From the NCBI GenBank assembly GCA_009602725.1, contig WELB01000020.1:102695-144966 (forward strand): a stretch of DNA of 42,272 nucleotides. The letters are read 5' to 3'. Positions 24,544 to 36,500 of this stretch are shown here, one piece after another (the stretch's first letter is position 1; each line of letters begins with the position of its first letter). This DNA comes from Spirogloea muscicola (taxonomy: Eukaryota). Position numbers and translations under genes: made by a program. The notes beneath the pieces are model-generated. The model had not been told where the DNA came from. It was given only the letters and a program-made list of their open reading frames with translations, and did no database searches.

Positions 24544-25505
24544 TCCCAGGAAGCGTCCCCCTTTTCCCTGCCGAGAAAAAAGACTCTTCTTTGCTTCAGC
24601 TGTGATTCATAGGGCTCTCCGGCAGTGGCCACGTGAGTCGCTGTGTGCTTTTACGCTTTTCTGGCCCCTCGGACTTCGTCCATTCTTTTTCTGGGCTGGC
24701 CACTCCGAGCCGTCGCCCTACTGGATGAGTCTCTCTTCTCTTTGCACCAGAAAGCTGGGCGAGCTCTAGTTGGTGGCCGGAGGGGTTCGTATCTGCCATC
24801 TAGTATCCAGGCATCGATTAGCGACCTTTATGTCTTGACCCGTGGTTACTGAGCGGGTCAATCTACCGTAGGTTATGTAGGACTTAAGATGTGCTTGCCA
24901 TTGTACTTGGCCATTTGGCCTTCGTTTGTTTCAAATACACGAAATTTTCTTCTCGGCATCTGCAGACCTTGCCCACTCTCTGTTGGGATGGCCTTCCACA
25001 GCCATCGCCCCTCTGGAAGAGTTGCTTCTTTTGCACTGGTTGCTGGTCGCAGACTGCGGCTCTTGCATAATTGCAGCAAATCCAGCCTCTAGTGATGGCG
25101 CACTAAGCCAGGCCACTGGCTTGCATGGCGGTGCTCCGGCTACCCAGATAAGTCTTCGGGAATTAATGTGCTCACGCGTGCGTGCTAGAGTTCCCCTTCA
25201 GTTGTGCTTTTCGTCCTATCACTATAGCCCCTTCTAGGCTGTGGTTTTCTTCATAACGGTGTACTGGCTAGGGTTGGCCTCCCCTCCTCATGAGCACCGC
25301 GCGCGCCCCTCCGTTTTCACAGCCATCGCCCACTTTGAAAAAGCTTCATCTCCTCCCTTCCACTCCTGAAGGGCCGCTGCGTTCAGTAGGATCAGTACTC
25401 ACATTCCTCAACAATACTTGCTTTCCTCAGTATCATCCTCCTCCCGATCCAATCTTTTCTGGGCTGGCTATTCACAGCCCTCGCCCCGTTTAGAGAGCTA
25501 CTTTT
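22011..25505. mobile_element. Dense nested cluster of 5'-truncated CRE-like non-LTR retrotransposon copies from several families, both orientations
   Basis: ORF ends RLSVSLQR...LLTRNY* (22344-22553), RLAVSLQR...LLTRGY* (to 23520), LTRDY* (about 23750) and LYVLTRGY* (to 24852), plus many copies of the gggctggc...gccc 3' stem-loop with (ttc)n tails. Confidence 0.85.
24364..24545 (+). repeat. (CT)n microsatellite, with an n at 24456 (true length unknown)
   Basis: Long CT dinucleotide run. Confidence 0.98.
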
Positions 25506-27039
25506 GACCGCTGCAGCCAAGAGTGAGGCAGCCCTGCTGCTTCTTGTTGCCACAGCCCATTGCCGAACCTTGCTGCTGGCTGGCTTGAGGAGCTTGTAGC
25601 TGCGCCCCTCTTGGAGCATTTGCGGGCTGGTTCAGGAGGTGGACTAGCCGCCTGATGGTGGTGCTACAAGGCGAGGACTTCAGTTGCGCTGTGTGTGCAA
25701 GTGCTTCATGCGCAGTGGCTTGGCTCATATCCCTATACCTGAACTAGTAAGGACACTGGGACTTTCTTCAATGTGTCATTTGTAGGACATGCCAGAAGTT
25801 CTAAGAGAATTCTCGTATATAGTACCATCACTTCTGCTGTCTGCTGAAGTGTTGCACCTATTCGTTGCAAGTGACCTTGTAAAGATTTGTACCAGTCTGA
25901 TAGATTTGAACAATGACTGCCCGTAGCGTCTTCACAAGAAAGAAAATACACTTCTCATGCTGGGAGGACTATTAGAACGTGTGGTACAAGTATGCAGCAT
26001 TTGGTCTGTAGTGGCTGACTGCATTCGTCCTCTTGGAAGGGGCTTTCATCTAAGCGCTACCGCATTTGTTGACCCTCTATCCAGAAGCCGCGAGTTGGGC
26101 TAGACTCACGTGGTCACCGCCCTCTGCAGAGCAACATCAACTTGCTTACCACAGGCGACTTGGCACACGCGATCACCATTGGCAATGACCGGCGCTCTCG
26201 CTCAAATGCCAGCGCACTTCGCCCAATTTCTGCTAGAGCTCGGCTTCTATGGCAAATCTGCAAGACTAGCGCAAACGCACCCCAAAAGATTGCCTGCAAC
26301 TGTGAGAATCATCTCACAAAAAATAATATATGCTCTGCCTAGCATCGAGCGCCTACGTCCTGTGCGGCGACTTGGGCCATGTGTCCTGGGCGGTGACTTG
26401 GGCCGTCGTAGAGCGTGCTGGTGCTGTGTGGATCGCTAACAGCCCAACTAGAGCACTCCTTTAAGAGGGGGTGGGGGCGGGGGGGGATTGCGGGCGGGGA
26501 AGCCAAGTGGCTGATGCAGGATGCAGCAGCTACAACCTCGTGAGCCGCATATCTCCAGTCTCAGCAGCAACCGCGGAGGATCCTTGGAGCTGGTACTGCA
26601 CATGATTGTCAGCGTCCCAAAGAGCCAGAGGGCTTGATGTTGGTAACGACAAAGTCGCGGCAGCAATGACCTCTTGGCAAGGGACGGGTCTGCCAGGTGG
26701 CTGCTGCGCAAGTGAGGTCCCGCCCATCATGCCAGCTGCACAGCAGGTCACAACCTGCCTGAGCCCTGCACTTCCGATTGACAACAAATCCCTGCTGCGA
26801 GGTTATCCTCGAGGCTGGAGTGTACCGCATGTTGTCGAGGCTCGTGCTCCCGCCTGCTCTTTTGCTCTTCTGCACGCGCATGATCTGGCTGAGGCCTGCA
26901 CTCTGCTGCATCAGAGTCACTTGAGGGCTCCTTTACTGGGTGCACCAACTGCTGCAGTGGCAGGCTCTATCGCAGGCGCTCAAGAGGTTTCTGGCGTGCA
27001 ACGTGCGCTCGAGTTCCTTAGAACAAGGCCCGCGGCACA

Positions 27040-28037
27040 TCAGTAGGGCCCCGTGCCGTCCACCACGGCGGCTGCGGGCCAGTAGTTGCACACGAAGTAC
27101 TGTGCAGTGTCGTTGATATCGCCACCAGTGTACGGGCACAGTGCCTGTCGCAACACACAGCCCACCGTGTGCCAGAACATCACAACCCCGGCTGAGCCAG
27201 GGGGCCGACTTAAACAGGCAGTCCGGACGCGCGCTGCGGGAGGTTGACGAGGCGGGGCGACGAGGATCGACAGGGTGATCACCTCTGCGCAGCCAAAGGC
27301 GGTGGTGTTGCGCCACACCACTTGGAGGAATGCCGCGCAGTCCTGGCCTGCCAGGCACGCGTTTGCGTCCTCGTCGTACACCTTGCCCTGCTCGATCCAC
27401 GCCTGCGTCGCAGAGCGGGGGTTGTACCTGGCCCCAGCAGTTGCTCCAGTGAGACACAGGTCGGGCACTGCGGTCTCTGCTGAACCGTAGCAGCGAGAAG
27501 GCAACAGCGGTACCTGGCGAAGCTCTGGCCCACAACTCCGTAGAAGATGTTCTCGCCAAAGCCCGCATTGCTGGGATTGTAGCTGGGGGCGCAGCTTTCG
27601 CTGCCCACTACGCGATCTGCATGCTGCTGCGCGAATGCGGCCAGGTCCTTGCTCCACAGCAGCGGCCGGTCACTGAAGAACCTGCGCCTGCAGGGAGGAG
27701 CCCGTTGCGGGGTGAGTGAGGGTCACTTTGAGTTGGTTGAGGAGCTAGCATTACGGTCCGCATTGAAGAGGGTGGTAGAGAGGTGGGAGGGGGAGGTGAA
27801 AGAGAGAAGGGATGAAGGGAGGGAGGGAAGATGCAAGGCAAGGACAGGGGGGTTGGGGTGAAGGGGAAGAGGGATAAGACGGGAACGGTGGTGGGGGTTT
27901 CATACGAGGGTTTTGAAGGGAAAGAGGGCGGGAGTGGGGGCAGGAGGGGGGGAGAGGGAGATTCAGAGGGAGATGTAGATGGCGGTAGATTGCGGGCCCG
28001 CGAGAGCGAGAGCGATCAAGCGAGCGAGCGAGCGAGC

Positions 28038-28089
<52 letters not shown>

Positions 28090-28412
28090 GAGAGAGAGAC
28101 CGCGCACGAGAGAGTGAGAGAGTGAGGAGGGCATGCCTCTCAGTGTTATGGGCGTCCAGCCACTGACGGATGGCGACCATGCTCTGGCCGCCTCGAGCCC
28201 GCCGCCAGCTGGGGCGCCGCTCGCCGGCGGCAGGCGGCCGCGGCCTGTCGGCTCCCTCGACGCCACGCAGGGCTCCGGCGTACGCAGGAGAACCTGTGCA
28301 GGACGAGCGCGGGCGCCAGCAGCTCAGGCCAGCGGCATACCACGACAGGCGACAGTCTGCACGGAGACGGGCGCCCGGCGGCCCCGGTGCAGCTTGGCCC
28401 CTGCTTGGCCAT
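27040..28412 (-). CDS. CAP superfamily (PR-1/SCP) protein, paralogue 1; start tentative
   Basis: WLDAHNTER, PLLWSKDLAAFAQ, FGENIFY, AWIEQGKVYD...C...QVVWRNTTAFGCA, FVCNYWP; stop at 27040-27042. Confidence 0.85.
28002..28122 (+). repeat. (GA)n / (GAGC)n microsatellite inside a CAP gene intron
   Basis: gagcgagc...gagagaga run. Confidence 0.95.
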
Positions 28413-28492
28413 GGTGATCGGCGGTGCGGCTTGACGGCAGCGGCGCCGGCGGAGGCTGCTGCGGCGGCGGCGGCGGCGGCGGCAGCCGAGCC

Positions 28493-28764
28493 ATGCTGCT
28501 GGAGTACCACGACCTTGCGCGGCTGAGGACCAAGAAGGTGGGCGCCCACCACAAGCACCGCCACCGCCGTCATTTCCTGTTGGCCGCCGCATCCTGTGTC
28601 GAGAAAGCCCATCTAGGGCCAGCGCCATCTTTGTGGGCGAGCTCTGACGGCCGGCACCGCTGGCGGCAGATAGTGTTTGAGGAGTCCTACTACGCGCGCG
28701 ACTCGGGCACGCTGGAGCAGCTCAAGGAGCTCAGCGCGCGCCGGAAGCTCATCGAGGAGGCCGT
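28493..28764 (+). CDS. 5' fragment of a plant BRO1-domain protein (BRAF/At5g14020-like), truncated at n 28765
   Basis: MLLEYHDLARLRTKK (intron) IVFEESYYARDSGTLEQLKELSARRKLIEEA resembles the conserved N-terminus of plant BRO1-like endosomal proteins. Confidence 0.65.
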
Positions 28765-28782
28765 NGGCTGCGCCTCGACGCC

Positions 28783-30220
28783 ATGGCCGCCTGCGCGGGC
28801 GCTCCCGCAGCCTTGGCGCTCCCGCCCGCCGGCGCCGCCCCTGCGCCCGCTCGAGGCGGCGGCAAGTGCGGCTCGCGGCACCTGGCCATTGCAGTGTTGC
28901 TCCTCGGCAGCCTCGCTGGTGAGCTGCGCCGCCGCTGCGCCGCTATTCGCCGCAACGGCCTGCAGAAGCGCGTCCAATGGTGGGGCAGCGTCGCTTTCTG
29001 CGCTCACCTCTGCACGCCTCGCACCGCGCCGCGCCTGGCCTGCAGGCGCTGTCGCCAGGAAGGAGCCCGTGGTCGCTGCCACCGCGGACGACGGCCGCCG
29101 CGGAGCGAGGCCGAGCCCTCCGCCTCTGGTCTTCCGGGTGAGCTCGCACGCGGGGCGCCAGAGCCTCGGAGCCTCCGCAGGCGACCCAGAGTGGCCAAGC
29201 TTGCCGGTGAGACCCGCTGAAGGCGCCAAGCGCGGTGACGTACTGTTGTTAGCTCAAGCGCCTCCTTGGCTGTCTCTTTGCCGCCTCCCAGACGCATGCC
29301 GATGGCCGCAACGGCACGGCCGAGGCGTGGATCGCCCGCGTCTTGGAGGAGGCCAGCACCCGGCGCAAGCTCTACGACGCGCTGACCATTCGGAGATGGG
29401 TTGAGGGCCACAACAAGGAGAGGTGCGCTCCTTTCCGATGTGCCGAGCATTGTGGAAAGGGCTGCTGGATTCCTGCCATCTGACCCTGGCCGAGCATGCC
29501 GATGCCGCCATTGCGCTGCGGCCCTTTGTCTGCGCTGCTCTGGCGATTTGGTCGAGGACCTCGCCAAGATGCACGCATCTCAAGGTACTCTTTCTCTGGT
29601 GCGTCACTGGTGCATCAGGGAGAAGCACTACCAGGATGCGCCGCTAGTCTGGGACAAGGCTGTGGCGCGGTATGCACAGGCGCATGGGGGTTCGGTGCAG
29701 AATAATGCCAACTGTGCGCCCGAGTTCAACGAGGACAATGACAAGTACGGCGAGAACCTGTATTGGGCGGTGTACGAGCACGGGCAAGACCCCTGGTCGG
29801 TGCAGGAGACGGTGCGCGAGTGGGTCCAGCAGGGCCGCAACTATGACCACGAAGAGAACCGGTGCGAGGAGGGCGAGGACTGTGCTGCATACCTGCAGGT
29901 TGTGTGGCGGAACACCAAGATGGTCGGCTGCGGCGAGGTGCATTGTTTGCCAGCCTTTTCCATCCCTGCGTCCTTCCTGACGGAAGGAGTCACGGCAGCA
30001 GCAGGTTGTCTGTTGCATGCAAACGTAGTCAAATATCAGTGGATCGGGGATTGCAGGCCAACCCAGGTGAGATTGTTTGTCTCTGACTCTTTTATGCACG
30101 TTAACCTGCTCACAGGTGTACTGCCCGTACCATGGGGACTTCAAAGGCGTTGCGCAGTTCTTTGTCTGCAATTATTATCCGCCGGCACTCATAGAGCCTG
30201 GCCACCCCAGGCCATATTGA
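28783..30220 (+). CDS. CAP superfamily (PR-1/SCP) protein, paralogue 2
   Basis: Hydrophobic LAIAVLLLGSLA, then WVEGHNKER, PLVWDKAVARYAQ, YGENLYW, EWVQQGRNYD...QVVWRNTKMVGCGE, FVCNYYPP; stop at 30218-30220. Confidence 0.88.
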
Positions 30221-30504
30221 TGCCACGGCCAGCATGCTGCCTGTATTCGGGTGCTACAAGAGTTTGCACTTTGTTCCGAGCTTGGGTCAGCGCTCCTTGC
30301 TATCGCACATTTGTGCCACAGGGCAGTCTTAGCATCCAACAAGACAATGTACTTGAATTCGTTCACACAAGGTAATCTGGCCACCCGGTTAGACGCCTCA
30401 TGCATGTGCAGCCTGGCAGGTAGTAGTCACCGTGGTTAATAGCAGGTGAGACAGCTGTTCCAAGAATCTGTGACCCCAGGCCAAGCTGCTCAACTCTGAA
30501 GGCG

Positions 30505-33500
30505 TTAATTGGCCTTGATGACATCTCCCATAACATGCTCGAGCTCCTTCAGCACGGACACCTGGACCTTGTGGCACTGCCAAAGGAGATTCTCAAATCT
30601 GTTGGCAGCGCTGACTTCGAGCATTTGCTCAGCTCTACTGGCCAGGGGGGCTTCCTGGGCAACCTCTAGGTTGCCAGTGCCCCCTGCTGATGCCTGCTCA
30701 GACTGCTCCAGAACAGGTGCCTTGAAAGAGTCCGCATGTGTGGAAGGCAGCATGTTGTAGGACGGTGATTCCACTTCTCCAACCAAGAGGTTGTCGTCAA
30801 CCAGCGGCTGGTAGCTGCTCAGCAGTGCCCTCTGCTGAGCTATCAAATCGCTCACCTCGCCAAGCACCGACCTGTATTTGTCTTCTGCTGCTGTAGTTGC
30901 AGCATGCACCTTACTGAGCTGCTCGCTCGCGGCCACCCTGCGCTTCCTTCTCTCTACAGTAATTTCCTGCCTGTGCTCCTCTCCTCCATGCTCCTTGCGC
31001 TTTGCCCTCAAAGGGGTGCCCAGCTCCTCCACATCCAATCTCGGAGTCTCTACATGTCTGTCTGTTGTCAATGGCGTGGAGAAGGGGCTGAACCCCTCGA
31101 CAGCAGCTGCTGCTAGGGCATCCAGCCAGACCTCTTCTGAGCTATCATTGGTCACTGTCGCTCGTACCACCTCTGCCTGCTTGCGCGACCTGGTGGTTAT
31201 TGAGCTTGATCTCTGAGGTGTGCTGCCATCCTGTACTTGGGCCCGGAACACCCGCAGCGCAGCTCGAGGGGTCGTCACTGCCATAGGAGGAGTGCCGAGC
31301 ATCTCCCTTTCCCCAGCACCTGCCGTTAGATGCCAGCTTTGTTCCTCTGCAATGGCAGCTGACTCGCCTGGGTGCTTTTCAAGCTCAAAGACAGGTGAGA
31401 GCGTTGGCTGTGTGCTCCTCATCACCTCCTCAGCAAAAGCAAGCCTCCTTTCGTCCTCGTCCATCTCATCCATAGTGCCAGAGCTCAGTGCACCCTGCCA
31501 CCCCGCACGAGGGCCAAATGGCTGTGAATGATGTGCTCAAAGGAATTACAGAAGGCGAGAGCACAACAGCCACACGGACGAGCTCAGCAGCCATGCTCAC
31601 CACGTAGACCATAAGTGGGGGCTCTCCAGCAAGGGCAGCCAGGCGGAGGTTGAAGATATCCAGGAAAATGGCGCCCCACCTGGGCTGCACAGGATGCGGG
31701 CTGAATGCCCAAGCCAGGGCACTTCCTTCCCACCGATTGACTTCCTTCCAAGCTCCATCTTGCAGAGTTGCGGCAAGGTAATTGCGCAGGCGAGTCTGCA
31801 TGAGGCTTATCTGGGCGGCAATACCTGCCTTCCCCGCAGCGACTGTTGGACTTGGCCATCCTTGGCAGGAAATGTCGACTCCTACTCTGGGGGACTGATG
31901 AGTCCACGCCCATGAAGTCCCCGAGCCGTGACTGCTAGCCGAGGCATCAAAGAGAGGAAGCCTAAGGGCCTGGATTGTTCTCAAAATAGAGTCCAACGTC
32001 GCGACACTGCTCCAGCCAACGGGCGGCAAGGTGGATTGCGCCCAGAAGTGAAAGGGGCTGGGCTCAAGGCTCCTGATTTCTGGCGGAGGCCACCCTGGAG
32101 GTGCCATGCGCCCTGTAGTGGCGACCTGATACAGCAACAAAAGCCAGCACGATAGGCGTGGGCTGAGTGTCAACCAGCGTCAATGAGACAGGCAGATGGC
32201 AGGGACATAGGCAGTCTGTGGCACCGTCCAAGGTATCAGTGATCCTCTGGAATGGAGTGACTTGACATTGATGCTGGTTGTGTACCTTGTCTGCAGCCTT
32301 TGCCAGAGCCCGGTTGAAAATGGCAATGCACCTCTCCGGGGTGACCTTGCTTGGATCCATGGCCAGAAGAAGCTTACAATGCGGCTCCAAAAACTCCTGC
32401 ACAAGCGACTGTGCATGCACCTGTCGCAGTGCCGGCTGATGTGGTGCATTGTCGGCCATCCATATCAACCCGTGTCGCAATGGCGCTTCGGCTAGGTAAC
32501 CACCAGTCTCCTGCCCCATCACCTCCTGCAAGGCCTGTAGCATGGGCAAGTGACTTTGTGAACGTGTCTCCTTCCAGTCCAAGCGTGAAGGCACTATAAC
32601 GCACCGCCCTGCAATAAGGGAAAACTGTGGCTGACACAGGAGTCCACCTTCCAAGCTTTATAACACACCTGCATCGGCGCAGCGGCGTTCAGCAGAGGCG
32701 CCCTCTGAATGCGGCCCTGCATGGCGTGCCTGCTGCCAGCGGAAGCATCGTCGTTGGTCGTTGACCACCCCTGCCCGGCCTCTTGTTCCATCACCACAGT
32801 GATTCTCCAGCATGACACTCGACCTCGGTCCAGGCTGGCCAAGCCCAGCCCTTGCGCAAGATTTTGCTCGCCTTCGCTTGGGGCTCTGCGGCACAGCACC
32901 AGGAGGGGCACTTGCGCCCTGGGGAGCAGGCATTTGACCATGGCCTGCAACCGTCGCCTCTCGAGCGCCAGCGGGCTGTCCTCGGCCACAAGGAAGATGA
33001 GGCCCGACACACCCTTTGCCGGCTGAGGCGACGCCACTGCCGCCTTGGTGAATATTACATCCTCCCCAATGAACCATAGGTGCTCGCCCTGTCCGCGCAT
33101 GGCTGCACTTGTGCGCTCCTTGCCCGTCTCTGTGACCTCTGCAAGATAGTTGATGCTTGCTCCGCGCTGCTCATGAGACTGGCAGCCTCCTTCTTGACTC
33201 AACTTGGCCCACAGCCACCTTGAAGGCAAGAACTTTCTACTTTGCTCGCCCTGCAGGTTGTAAATCATGGCTACTCAGCACCTAGCTTGTGCGTGCTACA
33301 GCAATCAACCTCAAATGTAGTGTGGATAATGTTTGTAGCCAAGCTATGCAAAGTTCATAGTGCATGAGCTCGATGAAATGCAGAGGCAGGGCTTCACGAA
33401 CTTTGCTGCCAAGTGGCGGAGAATCGTGCAAGCGGGAGGCCACAAGAAGCTTCCACACGAGGACCGGTGTTGCCGAGCTCTGCCGCTTGAGGCTCGTCAG

Positions 33501-36500
33501 AACCAGCGACGGTACGTGAAGTGGCGACCAGAAGCTCTCCTCCTTGGCTGTGCGGACTTCCCAGATCGCCCTAATATCATCCGCCATCCTCGCTGCATGC
33601 TTCTCCACTTTGGCATGTGACTGTAGTATGTCATAAGCAAGCTCGTGTCAGGGACAGGGCAAACACCTCAAACACCCCACCTGCACAACCTGGGAGAACA
33701 TGTCTTACAATCCTTAACTACCTGATCTGCAGAACGAAACGGTGCATTGATTGAGCACGCTTCCAGCGCTGCCTGAGCACGCTCACGCCTTTGTTTGGAC
33801 TCAGCTGTGCGATTTCTCCAGCGCCTGCAATTGGCACTTAGTCTCGATCAGGCAGAGCACTTTGCATGATGGTGAGGCAGAACCATAGGAAGTTTGCTAC
33901 AACGACATTCTATCACGCAGGCAGATTCCGAAATCAATCATCCTGCCTGACCTGAAATAAAGATGCTGTAAGCCTTTCTCAAACTCGGCTTTCTGCCGCG
34001 CAAGCTTCTTCATTAAAGCCACTCTCTTGGCTTCTGCCTGGGCCATCTGCTCCTGCTTGAGTCGCAACTCCTCCTTTCTCCTCTTCTTCCGATTTTGCTC
34101 TTCCTCAGCCTCCTGCTCCAACTTCCTCTGCTTTTCCTCTTGTTCCCTCTGTGCTCTTTGAGCTTTCAAAGCTTGCACAAGTCTCTCTCTTTCCCTTTCG
34201 TCCTCCTCTCTCTGTCTCTGCTCTGCTTGACGTTGTAAGGCTGCAGATTGAGCCTCGTGCTGCTGCCTTTTTGCTCTCCTTGCTTCTTCCTCCACATGCT
34301 GCTCAACAAACTTTGCTTATGTCAAATGCAATCCATACAGATGGCATGATAGCTCCAGTGATGCTCACAAGCCACTGAGATGCCCATTGGGCAAGATGTG
34401 CATGCCTACGAGAAATAACTGCCGAAATGCAAGCTGGTCATTGGCAGGATTCTACTTTCTCACCTCATTCTTATATTGGAACTCTGCTGAGAAAGCGAGG
34501 TTTACAGATGAGGCCGTTGGTGGGATTGGTGTTGGCACAATATCTTGAGGAACTTGACCATATAAATAAGGACCTGGAGGAACGCCGCCTGCTTGGCCTT
34601 TTTTAGCGGGAAGCCAATCAATGGTGGCAGTCGTTTGAAAGGGTTCCTTCATATGCTCTGCTGCACCAAAAATGGACCAACCAGGCCCAGCTCGGTCCAA
34701 AGCGGCTACTGCTACTGTCGCATCCCTAGCCAGGCTTACTCCTGGCATTACCCCTGGTTTTTCTGCAAGTGGTGTGCACGTACACCGTCAAGAAATAAGG
34801 TCCTGCAGCATTGACTGCATATGGTGGTCATTCACAACATGGTCGCAGTTGGCATCGAGGCGTGCATTGGCAGTTTCCAAGCTAAGAACGTCGGTGTAGC
34901 GTACCATGAGACAGTACATCCTGCACCACCGTGGACGACCGTTTGCCCTTCACCAGGTGCGATTGCGATGTGACAAAGTCGAGGTCCTTATTCTGCAGCT
35001 GGCCTGACTTCATCATCTGCACCTCCGCCTCTCCTGGAGCAGGCTGCGCAGCCTCCAACCCATGAAATGCTAGCAAGCTTCCAGTGTCCTCGTTCTGCCC
35101 AGTACAGACACGAATACCCCCATCTTGTCAACAAAGTGGTCAATTTCAAGTAGGCCTACAATGCTGTTGTGGCTCAAGAGGCTTCAGAAAGAATCATTTG
35201 GTGCTCAGCAATATAGATGCATACCTCCATGGCAAGCCATTGCACAATTGTAGACATGGATATTCCTTGCATCTTTTGCAGGCTGCTGTGCATGGCTGCC
35301 AGCGCATGTGTCCTCATCTGAGAGCGCCAAAGGCTCAATCAAACCATGGACTGTGCAGATGATGAGGCCACCAGAATTGGCCAGACGCACTTACTTCATC
35401 ATCTCCAAAGCTCTGATGTATAGTAAGGCTGAGAGTCAGGTAGAGACCTTGGCAAAGTGTGCATGCATTAAGCACGCTTGCAGGTAGGTTGCCTGGCGAG
35501 CCAGTCGAAAGAAGGCCACGAAATTGCTGAGCCTCAATGCTCTGATATCAACCACGCACTGTAAGTCAGCAAAGACAGCCAAAATATCTAACCTTGTCAT
35601 TCCCCGTGCTGTGGTAGTCACATCAAACACCTCGCTTACTTAGTGAGGATAAAGGGGTGTTTCCATCCACGTGCTTGCTTTGTGATCGACAGCAGGCACC
35701 CTTCCAATTGCTTGCATACTATTTCAACGACTTTTCAAGGGGGATGATTCACTGTACCGGGCAACTTCTCGAGCAAAGCGCACTTCAGGTGAATTGCGCA
35801 TCTCAGGCGTCATCCGCGAAAGCTCGAGCGACAATTCAGCTGGCTCCACCTGCAGACTCGCCAGCAATTGTATAACCATCCCTGGGCTCGCTCTGAGATG
35901 GTACAGTAACTCCAGCTCAACAACAACAACCTTGCTTCTGGACATCTAGCTGCTCTACCTTGAAGCCAGGGTGGCGATCCACTTTAAGCAGTGCATAGTA
36001 GCCCCGGAATTCAGCTTCACTGGCAACATCCTCGCCCCGCTTGTGGTGGTCATCATACATCTCAAAGAGGTCCACTGACGCCTTGTTCATCTGCTCTATG
36101 TTCAGGTGGGCGTCAAAGCCCTCCACAAAGCCCTCGCCCTTTGGGAACTCGCAAAGCTCGTGCATAGCCAGGATATGGAAGCGGATCTGCTTGGGACGAG
36201 CACGACACAGTCACGAAGTACAACTTGGAGGAGGTAGTGCCAGGACTAGCGTGCCTGGTCGTGTAGAGCCCTGTGACCTTTCCGGAGCTTGCACTTGCCC
36301 AAACAGCATCGTCCTTACTGGTCGACAAAGTCCTCATTTACAGGTATCATAGGAGGCAATCTTGTGCATCAGCGCAAGTCCAGCAGCTTCGTAGTACGTG
36401 TGCCCTCGCGCCCACAGCAGGTCTCCCGAGGAGATGGCTCTAAAGTTCCACAGGGCAGCAGATGTAGCTGCAGCAGGAGCCTTGCCGCTCACCATCTGCT

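Noticed and set aside
24326..24769. SL- and RE-repeat ORFs
   Set aside because: These are translations of the (CT)n microsatellite.
25500..27040. Short ORFs between the retroelement cluster and CAP1
   Set aside because: No consistent exon chain or recognisable domain; left unannotated.
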